DNA from: an uncultured Roseobacter sp.
Lineage (GTDB): Bacteria > Pseudomonadota > Alphaproteobacteria > Rhodobacterales > Rhodobacteraceae
Length of the DNA stretch: 24,000 nucleotides
Direction: 5' to 3'
Assembly (NCBI RefSeq): GCF_947496515.1
Contig: NZ_CANMDB010000012.1
Span: forward strand, 93,934-117,933
Numbering within the stretch: position 1 is the stretch's first letter; every line of letters begins with the position of its first letter. The notes under the pieces are model-generated. The model was given only the letters and a program-made list of their open reading frames with translations. It did not search any database and was not told where the DNA came from. Shown here one piece after another: positions 15,154 through 22,956 of the stretch. A program made the position numbers and the translations under genes.

Positions 15154-16374
15154 ATGTCACATCAAGGAACAATGGAGCTGACGCCGCGCCAGAGGATGCT
15201 CAGTGTCGCGGCCGTGATCCTGTCCACCATTGGGGTGGGCGTGTCATACGGTGTGGGCTATCCCTTGACGTCGCTGACGTTTGAAGCCTGGGCACAACCT
15301 GCCTGGCTCACCGGATTGGCGGGGAGCATGCCAGCACTTGCTATTTTGCTCTGTTTGCCGTTCTTTCCGGCGATCGTCGCGCGACTGAACACGGTTGGTG
15401 CCATGTCGCTCGGCTGCGTTCTCGTCGGGCTCAGCTTTCTTTTGATGCCGGTGTTCCCATCGCCAGAGGCTTGGCTGGTCCTGCGATTCATCATGGGCGC
15501 GGGTCTGGCCCTGCCATGGCTTGTTGGTGAAACGTGGATCAACACTGTTGCCACCAACAGGAACCGGGGGCAGCTACTGGCACTTTACGCGATTGCTCTA
15601 TTCTCGGGATTTGTTGTCGGTCCCTACGTGCTGCAGTGGGTTGGTATCACCGGATGGGCTCCATTCCTGTTCGGTGCGGCCGGCATCTTTCTTGCTGTGC
15701 TCCCGCTTGTAGCTGCGCTCAAACTGGCCCCCAAGATGCCATCGCACCCTCAAACCGGGGTATTTGGTGCAATCAAGCTGGCGCCCATCGCGATGATCGG
15801 AGGCCTGGTTGGTGGCTTCCTCGAACTCGGCAATGTCTCGATGCTGCCAGTATATGGGGTCGCCATCGGCATGAGCGAGGCGGAGGCTCTGCGGATCGTC
15901 ACCATGTTCATGCTCGGGGGTCTTGTGTTGATCTTCCCGATCGGGGTCCTGGCCGATAAGCTTTCTGCCCGCACCATGTTGATCGGCGTTGGCTTGATCT
16001 TTGCGGTGACAACGACGCTCGTGCCGTTTGCGCCCTCGCCGCTTTTGATGACAGTCTTGGTATTCGTCATGGGGGGCATCGGGGTTGGTTTTTATGCGCT
16101 GTCGCTGACCTTCATTGGGCAAACGGTACGCCTGGCCGATCTCGCCGTCGCAAACGCGGCGTTTCTCATCGCGTATCAGCTTGGCGCAATGGTTGCCCCA
16201 ACCGCACTCGGCGTCGCGATGGAAGTGTCGTATCCCAGTGGCTACATCGTGGTACTGGTGGCCGCTGCACTGATCGGTGTGCTGGGTTTCATTACAATCG
16301 GTCGCCAGAAGGCGGGTAGCACCGTCCGGGTCACGATTGTCGATGAGAAGATCGGCGCAGGCAAGTCTGATTGA
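15154..16374 (+). CDS. Major facilitator superfamily transporter
   Basis: 406 aa. ATG 15154 lies behind GGAGA. There are about 12 hydrophobic helices with a central loop. The gene is paired divergently with the TetR regulator. Confidence 0.88.
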   Translation: MSHQGTMELTPRQRMLSVAAVILSTIGVGVSYGVGYPLTSLTFEAWAQPAWLTGLAGSMPALAILLCLPFFPAIVARLNTVGAMSLGCVLVGLSFLLMPVFPSPEAWLVLRFIMGAGLALPWLVGETWINTVATNRNRGQLLALYAIALFSGFVVGPYVLQWVGITGWAPFLFGAAGIFLAVLPLVAALKLAPKMPSHPQTGVFGAIKLAPIAMIGGLVGGFLELGNVSMLPVYGVAIGMSEAEALRIVTMFMLGGLVLIFPIGVLADKLSARTMLIGVGLIFAVTTTLVPFAPSPLLMTVLVFVMGGIGVGFYALSLTFIGQTVRLADLAVANAAFLIAYQLGAMVAPTALGVAMEVSYPSGYIVVLVAAALIGVLGFITIGRQKAGSTVRVTIVDEKIGAGKSD

Positions 16375-16455
16375 TTTGCGACAGCGGACCCTACCGGCCA
16401 CTGGTTGTGTGCCAAAACCCCCCACCTTTACCCTGTCATCGACCGCGTAAGTGTA

Positions 16456-16530
16456 GCAATTTTCGTGCTGCGTTCCTGCGCAGCACAAATTCGAGACTTC
16501 CGCTGTGGGCTCACAGGCAGATTTCGCCGC
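16456..16530. repeat. Short dispersed repeat, copy 1 (about 75 nt, hairpin-containing)
   Basis: gcaattttcgtgctgcgttcctgcgcagcacaaattcgagacttccgctgtgggctcacaggcagatttcgccgc aligns at roughly three-quarters identity with 17262-17340. It contains the hairpin GTGCTGCG-ttcctg-CGCAGCAC. Confidence 0.6.
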
Positions 16531-16768
16531 TCGGAGCGCGAACGACAGCTGCTGATCTTCCAACGAGTACTCATCGCAGGACCAGCTGCGATTTCAGTGG
16601 CTTGGCCAAACAATCAGATGGCCGGTCTTCGTCGGCCTGCCGCACCGGGATTGCCGCGTCAGCATTAGGCGGCTCTGAGCCCATAGTGCAGGATGCTACG
16701 GGCTTGTCGAATGTCCGGTCGCAGACTGCCCCGTGGCATCTGCAAGCTGGTAAGTGTAGTCGTTTAAT

Positions 16769-17107
16769 ATGAGCACTTTCGAATTAATCGTTTTCGCGAT
16801 CTGTCTCTTGATCTTGGGTTTTCTTGCCGGTGCCATCGAGGCATCCAAAGGACTCCCGTTCAAAAAGAAACTAATATTTTGGTTCGGTTACCTTTGCCTG
16901 GCCGCAGCGCCGACTTTCTTTCTTGTGCAGGTCTGGCCCGATGGGAAAAGCACGGTATCGATTTACAGCTCCTCAGATGAGGAAAACTCGCTTATGGGAC
17001 CAATCACCGCTTTGGCGTTATTTGCTGGTGTCGTCGCTGTCACTTGGTTTGGAAGACTGGCAGGCAATATCCTCAAGAAAAGAATATTCGGTACTGATCT
17101 TCAGTGA
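16769..17107 (+). CDS. Small integral membrane protein (112 aa, about 3 TM helices), hypothetical
   Basis: MSTFELIVFAICLLILGFLAGAI..., LIFWFGYLCLAAAPTFFLV..., GPITALALFAGVVAVTWFG. This is an AT-richer ORF flanked by the 75-nt repeats. Confidence 0.6.
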   Translation: MSTFELIVFAICLLILGFLAGAIEASKGLPFKKKLIFWFGYLCLAAAPTFFLVQVWPDGKSTVSIYSSSDEENSLMGPITALALFAGVVAVTWFGRLAGNILKKRIFGTDLQ

Positions 17108-17261
17108 TTGCCGAACTCTATGATCGATTGCAGACATTGGCGCAGCCGCAGCGAAAGCTCACTTCGTCCCAAGACCTGTGAGTTGCCCTGACAAATCTCG
17201 CTGCGCGATGTTCGAATGGCCGAATTTGCAGCCGCGCTGCGGCACGCCAGACTGAGCATTT

Positions 17262-17340
17262 GCAGAATTTTCCGCGCTGCGAGCGCATGCAGCAAAAAAT
17301 GAAGACTTCCGGTGTGGGCTCATCCGGTGTTTTCGCCACC
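17262..17340. repeat. Short dispersed repeat, copy 2
   Basis: gcagaattttccgcgctgcgagcgcatgcagcaaaaaatgaagacttccggtgtgggctcatccggtgttttcgccac is a direct repeat of 16456-16530. Confidence 0.6.
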
Positions 17341-17454
17341 CTGTAAGTCTACGTCTGCTTCTAACACGCTGACCCTTTGGCAGAACGGATCAAATCGGGG
17401 AGGAGACGCAAATGAGCAACTTTGAAGATGCGGCAAGCGATAGAATGACGTGGT

Positions 17455-17634
17455 TCATTTCTTCGAAAGTGCGTCTAAACGCTGTCGGCAGAAAGCGACC
17501 AGTGCTTCCGCATCATTCAGGGCATCGACCGGATCTCTGAGAAGCAACGTGGTCTTTGCGTTCCGTAGCCAGTCCGATTTAGTGATAGCGATATGCCTGG
17601 GATCGTGATCGGGTTGCTTCGAAGGATCACTCAT
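17455..17634 (-). CDS. Small hypothetical protein (59 aa), second gene of a coupled pair
   Basis: MSDPSKQPDHDPRHIAITKSDWLRNAKTTLLLRDPVDALNDAEALVAFCRQRLDALSKK. Its ATG overlaps the upstream stop as ATGA (17634-17631). Confidence 0.5.
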   Translation of the reverse strand: MSDPSKQPDHDPRHIAITKSDWLRNAKTTLLLRDPVDALNDAEALVAFCRQRLDALSKK

Positions 17635-17858
17635 ATGATGATATCCTTGCGGTGCGACCGCAGTAACGGGGTGCCAGTCCACGTGCCAGCCTCGATGCTT
17701 AAGATGTCATCGTTGCTCAGCGCAACTCCGCTACGCTCCATGCCTGCGAAAAGGATAACAACCCGCCCATCGTCGGAGCGCTGCAAGACCCGGCCACCAA
17801 TCACGTCGCCGGTCAAATCGCTGATGATGCTTGCAGTATCAATCTTCGCTTGGGTCAT
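17631..17858 (-). CDS. Small hypothetical protein (75 aa), first gene of a coupled pair
   Basis: MTQAKIDTASIISDLTGDVIGGRVLQRSDDGRVVILFAGMERSGVALSNDDILSIEAGTWTGTPLL. It is divergent from the antitoxin gene. No family recognised. Confidence 0.5.
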   Translation of the reverse strand: MTQAKIDTASIISDLTGDVIGGRVLQRSDDGRVVILFAGMERSGVALSNDDILSIEAGTWTGTPLLRSHRKDIII

Positions 17859-17918
17859 CGTAATTACCCGCCTTTTTTGGGATGGCTCCTGACATTTCTA
17901 TTGAAGCGGATTCTCATA

Positions 17919-17936
17919 TGTAGTAACGTAACTACA
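17919..17936. promoter_or_regulatory. Near-perfect 18-bp palindrome, candidate antitoxin operator
   Basis: TGTAGTAAC|GTAACTACA (one mismatch) lies 14 nt upstream of the antitoxin ATG, next to the SD GGAGGG. Type II TA operons are normally autoregulated through such sites. Confidence 0.5.
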
Positions 17937-17949
17937 ATGGAGGGTTCGC

Positions 17950-18198
17950 ATGAAACACCTTACAAGCCGAGAGTTTAACCAAAACGTCAGCAAGGCAAAG
18001 AGAGATGCCTTGTCCGGTCCTGTTTTTGTGACGGATAGGGGCCAGCCTTCGCATGTATTGCTTAGCTATGACGAGTACAGGCGGCTGACATCTGAGCCGA
18101 CCAACATTGTCGAAGCTCTGTCAATGAAGGGACTGTCCTCGGTCGACTTTGAGACGGAGAAGGTGTCGCCTTCCATCAAACCAGTTGATCTTTCGTGA
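17950..18198 (+). CDS. Type II antitoxin, Phd/YefM family
   Basis: MKHLTSREFNQNVSKAKRDALSGPVFVTDRGQPSHVLLSYDEYRRLT matches the Phd/YefM N-terminal pattern. The stop overlaps the toxin GTG start (GTGA). Confidence 0.85.
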   Translation: MKHLTSREFNQNVSKAKRDALSGPVFVTDRGQPSHVLLSYDEYRRLTSEPTNIVEALSMKGLSSVDFETEKVSPSIKPVDLS

Positions 18199-18635
18199 TC
18201 TACCTTCTGGACACAAATGTCGTTTCAGAGCTTCGCAAGGCAGGGGATGGAAAAGCGGATGCCAATGTTGCGGAGTGGGCCTCCCTGCGAGACCCCGAAG
18301 AGCTATACATATCTGTAATTACTCTTCTGGAACTAGAAGTGGGTGTTCTCAGGATTGAGCGAAGAGACGACAAGCAAGGTCAGATGCTTCGCATTTGGCT
18401 TGAACACCATGTCATCCCCTTCTTCCAAGATCGTATTCTGCCGGTAGACGAGCATGTCGCGATTGGTTGTGCGAGGCTGCATGTTCCGAACAAGAGCCCT
18501 GAGCGTGATGCGCTGATCGCCGCAACGGCAAACGAACTCAATATGACCATCGCCACGCGTGATGAAAAAGACTTTCGAGATCTGGCTAGGAAAACCTTCA
18601 ACCCCTGGAGTTCAATGAAAGGTACCCGCGGATGA
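18195..18635 (+). CDS. vapC: Type II toxin, VapC (PIN-domain ribonuclease)
   Basis: MIYLLDTNVVSEL...YISVITLLELEVG...ERDALIAATANELNMTIATRDEKDF...NPW carries the PIN acidic residues in their canonical positions. Confidence 0.9.
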   Translation: MIYLLDTNVVSELRKAGDGKADANVAEWASLRDPEELYISVITLLELEVGVLRIERRDDKQGQMLRIWLEHHVIPFFQDRILPVDEHVAIGCARLHVPNKSPERDALIAATANELNMTIATRDEKDFRDLARKTFNPWSSMKGTRG

Positions 18636-18937
18636 ACTTCGATAGATCCACGATCTTTTCTCTGAAAGCTCAGCTTGAAGAGATAGGTTACGCCAACGAC
18701 GAGCAGTTTCTTGGTGCCTTTGCCTTCGAGCATCGAAGAGAGGAAGTAATCTCTGATCTTGGCGAGGCCGGATACCATCAAGACCTGGGTCATGGCGGCG
18801 CATACATCGAAGATCTCGGCGCTATTTATTGGTACTACGATCCCGAATTGACCAGCCGAGATGAAGCGAAGAAGTTGTCCGAAGAGTGGGCACGACGCGC
18901 TTACGACAAACCACCAGAGTTGGGAGGGCGCACATGA
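18632..18937 (+). CDS. Acidic hypothetical protein (101 aa)
   Basis: The ATG overlaps the vapC stop (ATGA). By count there are 21 Asp/Glu versus 11 Lys/Arg. No family recognised. Confidence 0.6.
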   Translation: MNFDRSTIFSLKAQLEEIGYANDEQFLGAFAFEHRREEVISDLGEAGYHQDLGHGGAYIEDLGAIYWYYDPELTSRDEAKKLSEEWARRAYDKPPELGGRT

Positions 18938-19443
18938 CAACGCCGAGCACCGAACGCGAAGTCTGGAGCCACGCGGAGCTGTTCTTGCTCTATCACCGGG
19001 ATCGGCGCGGCAAGAAACATGCAGAGCCTAAACGCTTCGTGCCGACTGACGCCGCAGCCAGACTCAGCGAGAAGTCCCAGGATCGAGAAACCTGCGTCAA
19101 ACTGCTCGGACACGCAGTTGAGGACGACGTGGATATGCGGCTCATGCCGAACCGGATCATGCTTGTGCGCGAAACGCCCCATGAAGGCTGGGATGCTGTG
19201 GTCGTTGAACAGGACGTGCTGCGTGTCCGTTTCGGCGCATCGGTGATCCGGGTCAACCCGGACGGCGGCATCGTGCTCGAGCAGGAGAGCGGGACCACCT
19301 TCATCGAGGCGGACGGCACAATTCTCAAGAAGACCCACGACACGGATTTGGTGGTCGCAGGAGACGGGAGCAAGATGTCCCGTCGGACCGAGGACCAGGT
19401 CGACGCCTTTACGCTGGACGGGTTCGTCTCGCGGAGGAAATGA
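18934..19443 (+). CDS. Hypothetical protein (169 aa)
   Basis: ATG 18934 overlaps the preceding stop (ATGA). MTTPSTEREVWSHAELFLLYHRDRRGKKHAEPKRF... No family recognised. Confidence 0.6.
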   Translation: MTTPSTEREVWSHAELFLLYHRDRRGKKHAEPKRFVPTDAAARLSEKSQDRETCVKLLGHAVEDDVDMRLMPNRIMLVRETPHEGWDAVVVEQDVLRVRFGASVIRVNPDGGIVLEQESGTTFIEADGTILKKTHDTDLVVAGDGSKMSRRTEDQVDAFTLDGFVSRRK

Positions 19444-19495
19444 GCAATGGGGCAGGGTCCAAACCCGCAGCCACAGACGATAGGAGTAGAGGACC

Positions 19496-19843
19496 ATGCG
19501 AGATAAACCCACGCCACGGCACGATCTACCTGCGCGCCGTCTGACAGAAACCCGCAAAGTGACAACACGAGATGGCCACACCGTCCATCTTTCGGTCGGC
19601 TTCGACCCTCATGAAGACGGGCGCCCGCGCGAGGTCTTCTATTCGGCAGGCTTCAAATCGGGCTCGGCGCTCGAGTTCCAGATCCAGGACTCCTGCGTTC
19701 TCATCTCGCTTCTCCTGCAGCACGGGTTCAGGCCGGAGCAGATCTCTAAGTCGCTTGCCCGAGTTGAACTGCCCGACGGCGGGTTGTCCTATGCAAGCAC
19801 GACCGGTCTCATCGCCGATGAGCTGGTCTCGTCGACGCGATAG
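19496..19843 (+). CDS. TSCPD-domain-like small protein (resembles the ribonucleotide reductase class II C-terminal module)
   Basis: SD aggag lies 9 nt upstream. HLSVGFDPHEDGRPREVFYSAGFKSGSALEFQIQDSCVLISLLLQHGFRPEQISKSL...ASTTGLIADEL follows the TSCPD-family pattern as I recall it (EvFi..gKaGs......a..rliSlaLrhGv). The Cys/Pro of the TSCPD motif itself are replaced. Confidence 0.5.
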   Translation: MRDKPTPRHDLPARRLTETRKVTTRDGHTVHLSVGFDPHEDGRPREVFYSAGFKSGSALEFQIQDSCVLISLLLQHGFRPEQISKSLARVELPDGGLSYASTTGLIADELVSSTR

Positions 19844-19898
19844 AAGCTCAGAAGATGGTGAGAGAGCAAAACGGCTACGTTCTAATCAGGAGGTAATT

Positions 19899-20087
19899 AT
19901 GGAGTTCGTGATTTTGATCTTTGGTGTCGTGGCCCTCTATCTCGGGATAAATGGCAGGATGACCAGTCCTGGCCTGTATATGTTCGGTGGCGTACTCTTG
20001 ATCCTATCCTTTATGGCCCACGACGGTGAGCTTTACGACCTGCCTCTTGCCATTGCTGAGCGACCAGTGCTTCCTGATATTTTTTAA
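19899..20087 (+). CDS. Small membrane protein (62 aa, 2 TM)
   Basis: A strong SD, AGGAGG, lies 5 nt upstream of the ATG. MEFVILIFGVVALYLGINGRMTSPGLYMFGGVLLILSFMAHDG... Confidence 0.6.
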   Translation: MEFVILIFGVVALYLGINGRMTSPGLYMFGGVLLILSFMAHDGELYDLPLAIAERPVLPDIF

Positions 20088-20778
20088 AGCCAGCACATGA
20101 CTTCATCGAGCTCTGCGAGGGTCTTGTGCTGAGGTGCTACCGATCGGGATCGTAAACGCCATTTCCAGTTTATGAAGTCATTCATGACGGCCGAACTCTT
20201 ATAGCTGTCCGCACCGAATAGATGGCCCTCTCGATTGATGCTGCGGGCTCACCAGCTCGGCTTCGCGTGTCGCTGGTGAGTATTGGCCCGTGGCCAATCG
20301 CACAGTCGGGCATGCGCCCTCCGTGCAGATGTTGGCGCTGGATGTCCCGGTCCGCCCGCCTCGCGAGCGCAGCCCACCTCGGCCGCTCCGCCGGATTGCG
20401 CTCTGGTCTGTTTTGCCAGGGCAAAACGATCCCGCCACTCCATCCGTCTCCCGCGTCCGGTCAGGCTGCTTGCCTGCTCAGGTCGGGCTGACCTCGCGAA
20501 ACCACACACACACATGACTGTGGAAGCATATCCTCCGGATGGCCACCGAAGCAGCCCGCGTCAAGGATCGCTAGAATTTTCGGAGAGGACCTTCTTAATC
20601 GTCAGAGGACCCGCGCGCTTGAGAGGGCAGGGACATGCGAAGCCGCCTACCATGAAAATTCGAGCGCCCAGCAAGCTGGCGGCTTCGCCGTCCCTGACCC
20701 GAACAGCTTCGGAAACCAGACATTCGGCCATGCAGCCACACTCACGTGGTGCAGATCAGAAACTCTGGAGAACACATC

Positions 20779-21708
20779 ATGCCATACGATCAAGCAACCA
20801 CATACGAGACCATCGAACTCTTCGGCCTCACCGAGAAGGACGCAGCTATGCCGATCCCGACCGACGAGATGCTGAAGGACGCCATCATCCGGGAAACCTT
20901 CGAGACGCTGCTCGGGCAGCTGCGTGCCACCGGGCTTGAGGCAGAAATCGAGCCGCTTGCCCACGGGTTGGCGACGATCCTGCAGCGGCGCAAGATCGCC
21001 CTCACCAAGGAGATCGACCGGACCACCGACAAGATCCGGGCACTGGCGAAGAGCCACGACGGATCGGAGATCGCCGAGACCGCCATGGAGGAAGCACAAG
21101 CCCGCTTCCTGCAACTCCGCGACATCACCGGCGCCATTGAGACGATGAGCGAAGCGGCTGCCGAGTGCTACGAAACCGAGACCGGCCACGCCTTCATCCC
21201 TGCAGCCGGCTCTCGCGCCAGCGCACGTGCGCAGGAGACAGGCGCCATCTTCGAAGCGCGCCAGCTCCTCGAGCAGCATGACCGAGAGACCGCCGAGAAG
21301 TCGAAGGTCGAGGGCGTCCCCCTGATCGTCTCCGGCGCCACCGACTGGACTGACGTCGACGCGATCTTCTCGACGCTCGACAAAGTCCGGGCGCGCATCC
21401 GGCAGAACCGCAATCAGGAGATCTTCGTCTGCCACAAAGGCGGCAAGCACGGTGCCGAGATGATCGCTGCCCGTTGGGCGCGCGCTCGTGGGATCCCGCA
21501 AGCCCGATTCGATCCACGTTGGTCCGCCCATGGCCGCTCGGCACCCTTCAAGTGCAACGATGAGATGCTCGACGACAAGTTCGCTGCAGCCGGGGTCGTT
21601 CTCTTTGGCGGCAACGGTGTCGCGCTCAATCTCGGGCAAAAGGCTGAGGCGAAAGGGATCACCGTCATGCGGGTCGCAGATCCGGCGAGGGCGCGCGACG
21701 GGAAGTGA
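20779..21708 (+). CDS. DUF2493 (SLOG-superfamily) domain protein with an N-terminal helical extension of about 190 aa
   Basis: ATG 20779 lies behind GGAGA. The C-terminus PLIVSGATDWTDVDAIFSTLDKV...IFVCHKGGKHGAEMIAARWARARGIPQARFDPRWSAHGRSAPFKCNDEMLDD...GVVLFGGNGVALNLGQKAEAKGITVMRV matches the DUF2493 pattern (GsRdw.d...vhGg..GaD.iAa.WA...gv....f.adW...G..Ag..RN..Ml). Confidence 0.8.
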   Translation: MPYDQATTYETIELFGLTEKDAAMPIPTDEMLKDAIIRETFETLLGQLRATGLEAEIEPLAHGLATILQRRKIALTKEIDRTTDKIRALAKSHDGSEIAETAMEEAQARFLQLRDITGAIETMSEAAAECYETETGHAFIPAAGSRASARAQETGAIFEARQLLEQHDRETAEKSKVEGVPLIVSGATDWTDVDAIFSTLDKVRARIRQNRNQEIFVCHKGGKHGAEMIAARWARARGIPQARFDPRWSAHGRSAPFKCNDEMLDDKFAAAGVVLFGGNGVALNLGQKAEAKGITVMRVADPARARDGK

Positions 21709-21714
21709 ATAAGA

Positions 21715-21748
21715 AGGGCCACCCTCGGGTGGCCCTCTTGTCGTTTTC
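21715..21748 (+). terminator. Rho-independent terminator
   Basis: AGGGCCACC-ctcg-GGTGGCCCT followed by cttgtcgtttt, 7 nt after the stop codon. Confidence 0.65.
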
Positions 21749-22205
21749 ATCCGGCGTGAGAGTCACTCTGAGTGCAGTAGCATCGCCTCCGCGCCGAACA
21801 GGCTCCGCCGGGAGGCATCCCCTCCAGTCTGGCATCATCAGCAGCCGCAGTGAAACGCGCGACAGACCAGCTCATGGACGGCGACGGCGAAGAGCGCTCC
21901 CCGCGATCACGACACGCGGGCAGGGCGTGCGTTTTGGAACATGCCTCCGACATTCTCCTCGCAGTTGCACGCGGTTTTGCTGTGCATCAGGGAAGATGCC
22001 GTTCAACGCTGAGCCATTCGGCTCTCTCCTTTTTCCTCAGTCATACGCTTCGCACGGCGGCGGCCCGGCCGTTCCCGCCGCTAAGCGTCGGCAAGCACAA
22101 ATACGGCTTCCACACGCTTTGCGCGCGGACCCTCCGCATTTGCGCTTGCGCCCGGTCCTGACACCGCCGTGCTTCCGATGCCCATCGAAAAAAGGAGAAA
22201 CCCAA

Positions 22206-22412
22206 ATGTCCAACCACTTCACAGCAACCGTTCCCGTCAAATACACCGACAGCGACAACCGCGATCGCACCCGCTTCCAGCGCGTCGGCGTCATGTTCCA
22301 AAACGCCCGCCGCGACACCGGCGAGGTCTTCTACACCCTCAAGCTCGACTTCCCCGTCGCCGTCCACGAGCTGGTGATGTTCCCGCCCAACTCAAACGCG
22401 CCCGAGGACTGA
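22206..22412 (+). CDS. Small conserved-looking hypothetical protein (68 aa)
   Basis: A very good SD (aaaGGAGAaacccaaATG) and a strong terminator downstream. MSNHFTATVPVKYTDSDNRDRTRFQRVGVMFQNARRDTGEVFYTLKLDFPVAVHELVMFPPNS. Small beta-rich proteins of this kind accompany DUF2493 genes in conjugative elements, but I cannot name a family. Confidence 0.65.
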   Translation: MSNHFTATVPVKYTDSDNRDRTRFQRVGVMFQNARRDTGEVFYTLKLDFPVAVHELVMFPPNSNAPED

Positions 22413-22426
22413 TCCCGACAAGACAG

Positions 22427-22462
22427 AAAAAGGGGGGCCGCCTGCCGGCGGCCCCCCTTTTT
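22427..22462. terminator. Strong (potentially bidirectional) Rho-independent terminator
   Basis: AAAAA-GGGGGGCCGCC-tgcc-GGCGGCCCCCC-TTTTT: a perfect 11-bp GC stem flanked by A and T runs. Confidence 0.85.
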
Positions 22463-22956
22463 CTGCGCGTCCAACGACCGCCAAATAGGCGGGGCGTGCA
22501 GATCTCCGATGTCGTTCTCGACGTTCAGTCGATTGCGCAGCAGCGTGATGGAGATGCTGACGACGATGGGAATGATTTTCCGTTGGGCCCCTGCCACGGC
22601 TCAGGGCCGTGGCACCAGGCTCTAGGTTCCGTCCGCGATGCGGCCTCCACCCAGAACCACCAGGCCTCTTCCTCCCTGCCGCAATAGCCCTGTCACTGTC
22701 TCCACAGGAGCCAGTGAAAGGGCTTTGCGCCATGGTCGGCGAGACCTGCCGTTTCTGCCCTCCGGGTAACGATCCTTGGGGCGGCGCTCTACGGGCAAGT
22801 TCAGGGTAGGACGGTAGGCCGGGCATCCCACTCCGGGGATTCGTCGCTGCGCTCCGAACGCCCATCGTGGTTTCTGGCCTCTCCAGAGTTCCGCGGGCCT
22901 GCACGCCAGCCTCTGGTCAGTCGCGGGCCTTTCGCTACGAGATCTGCGCGTCCCGC

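Noticed and set aside
15598-16563. 321-aa minus-strand ORF opposite the MFS transporter
   Set aside because: It is Arg/His/Asp-rich with no hydrophobic core and is antisense to a clear 12-TM transporter.
20503-20514. (CA)6 microsatellite as a phase-variation switch
   Set aside because: It is short, lies outside any ORF, and is not positioned between recognisable -35/-10 elements. It is noted only as part of the structured leader.
20182-20939. Several ORFs of 75-218 aa in the leader upstream of the DUF2493 gene
   Set aside because: They mutually overlap in several frames, are Arg/Pro-rich and lack an SD. I treated the region as non-coding structured DNA instead.
20647-21750. 367-aa minus-strand ORF covering the DUF2493 gene
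   Set aside because: It is antisense to a frame with a recognisable DUF2493 domain, SD and terminator. Its composition (Gly/Arg/Pro/Leu-rich) is typical of high-GC shadow ORFs.
21705-22205. Upstream extension that would make the 68-aa gene a 235-aa protein
   Set aside because: The extension is extremely Arg/Pro/Ser-rich and overlaps the upstream terminator. A near-consensus SD sits just before ATG 22206.
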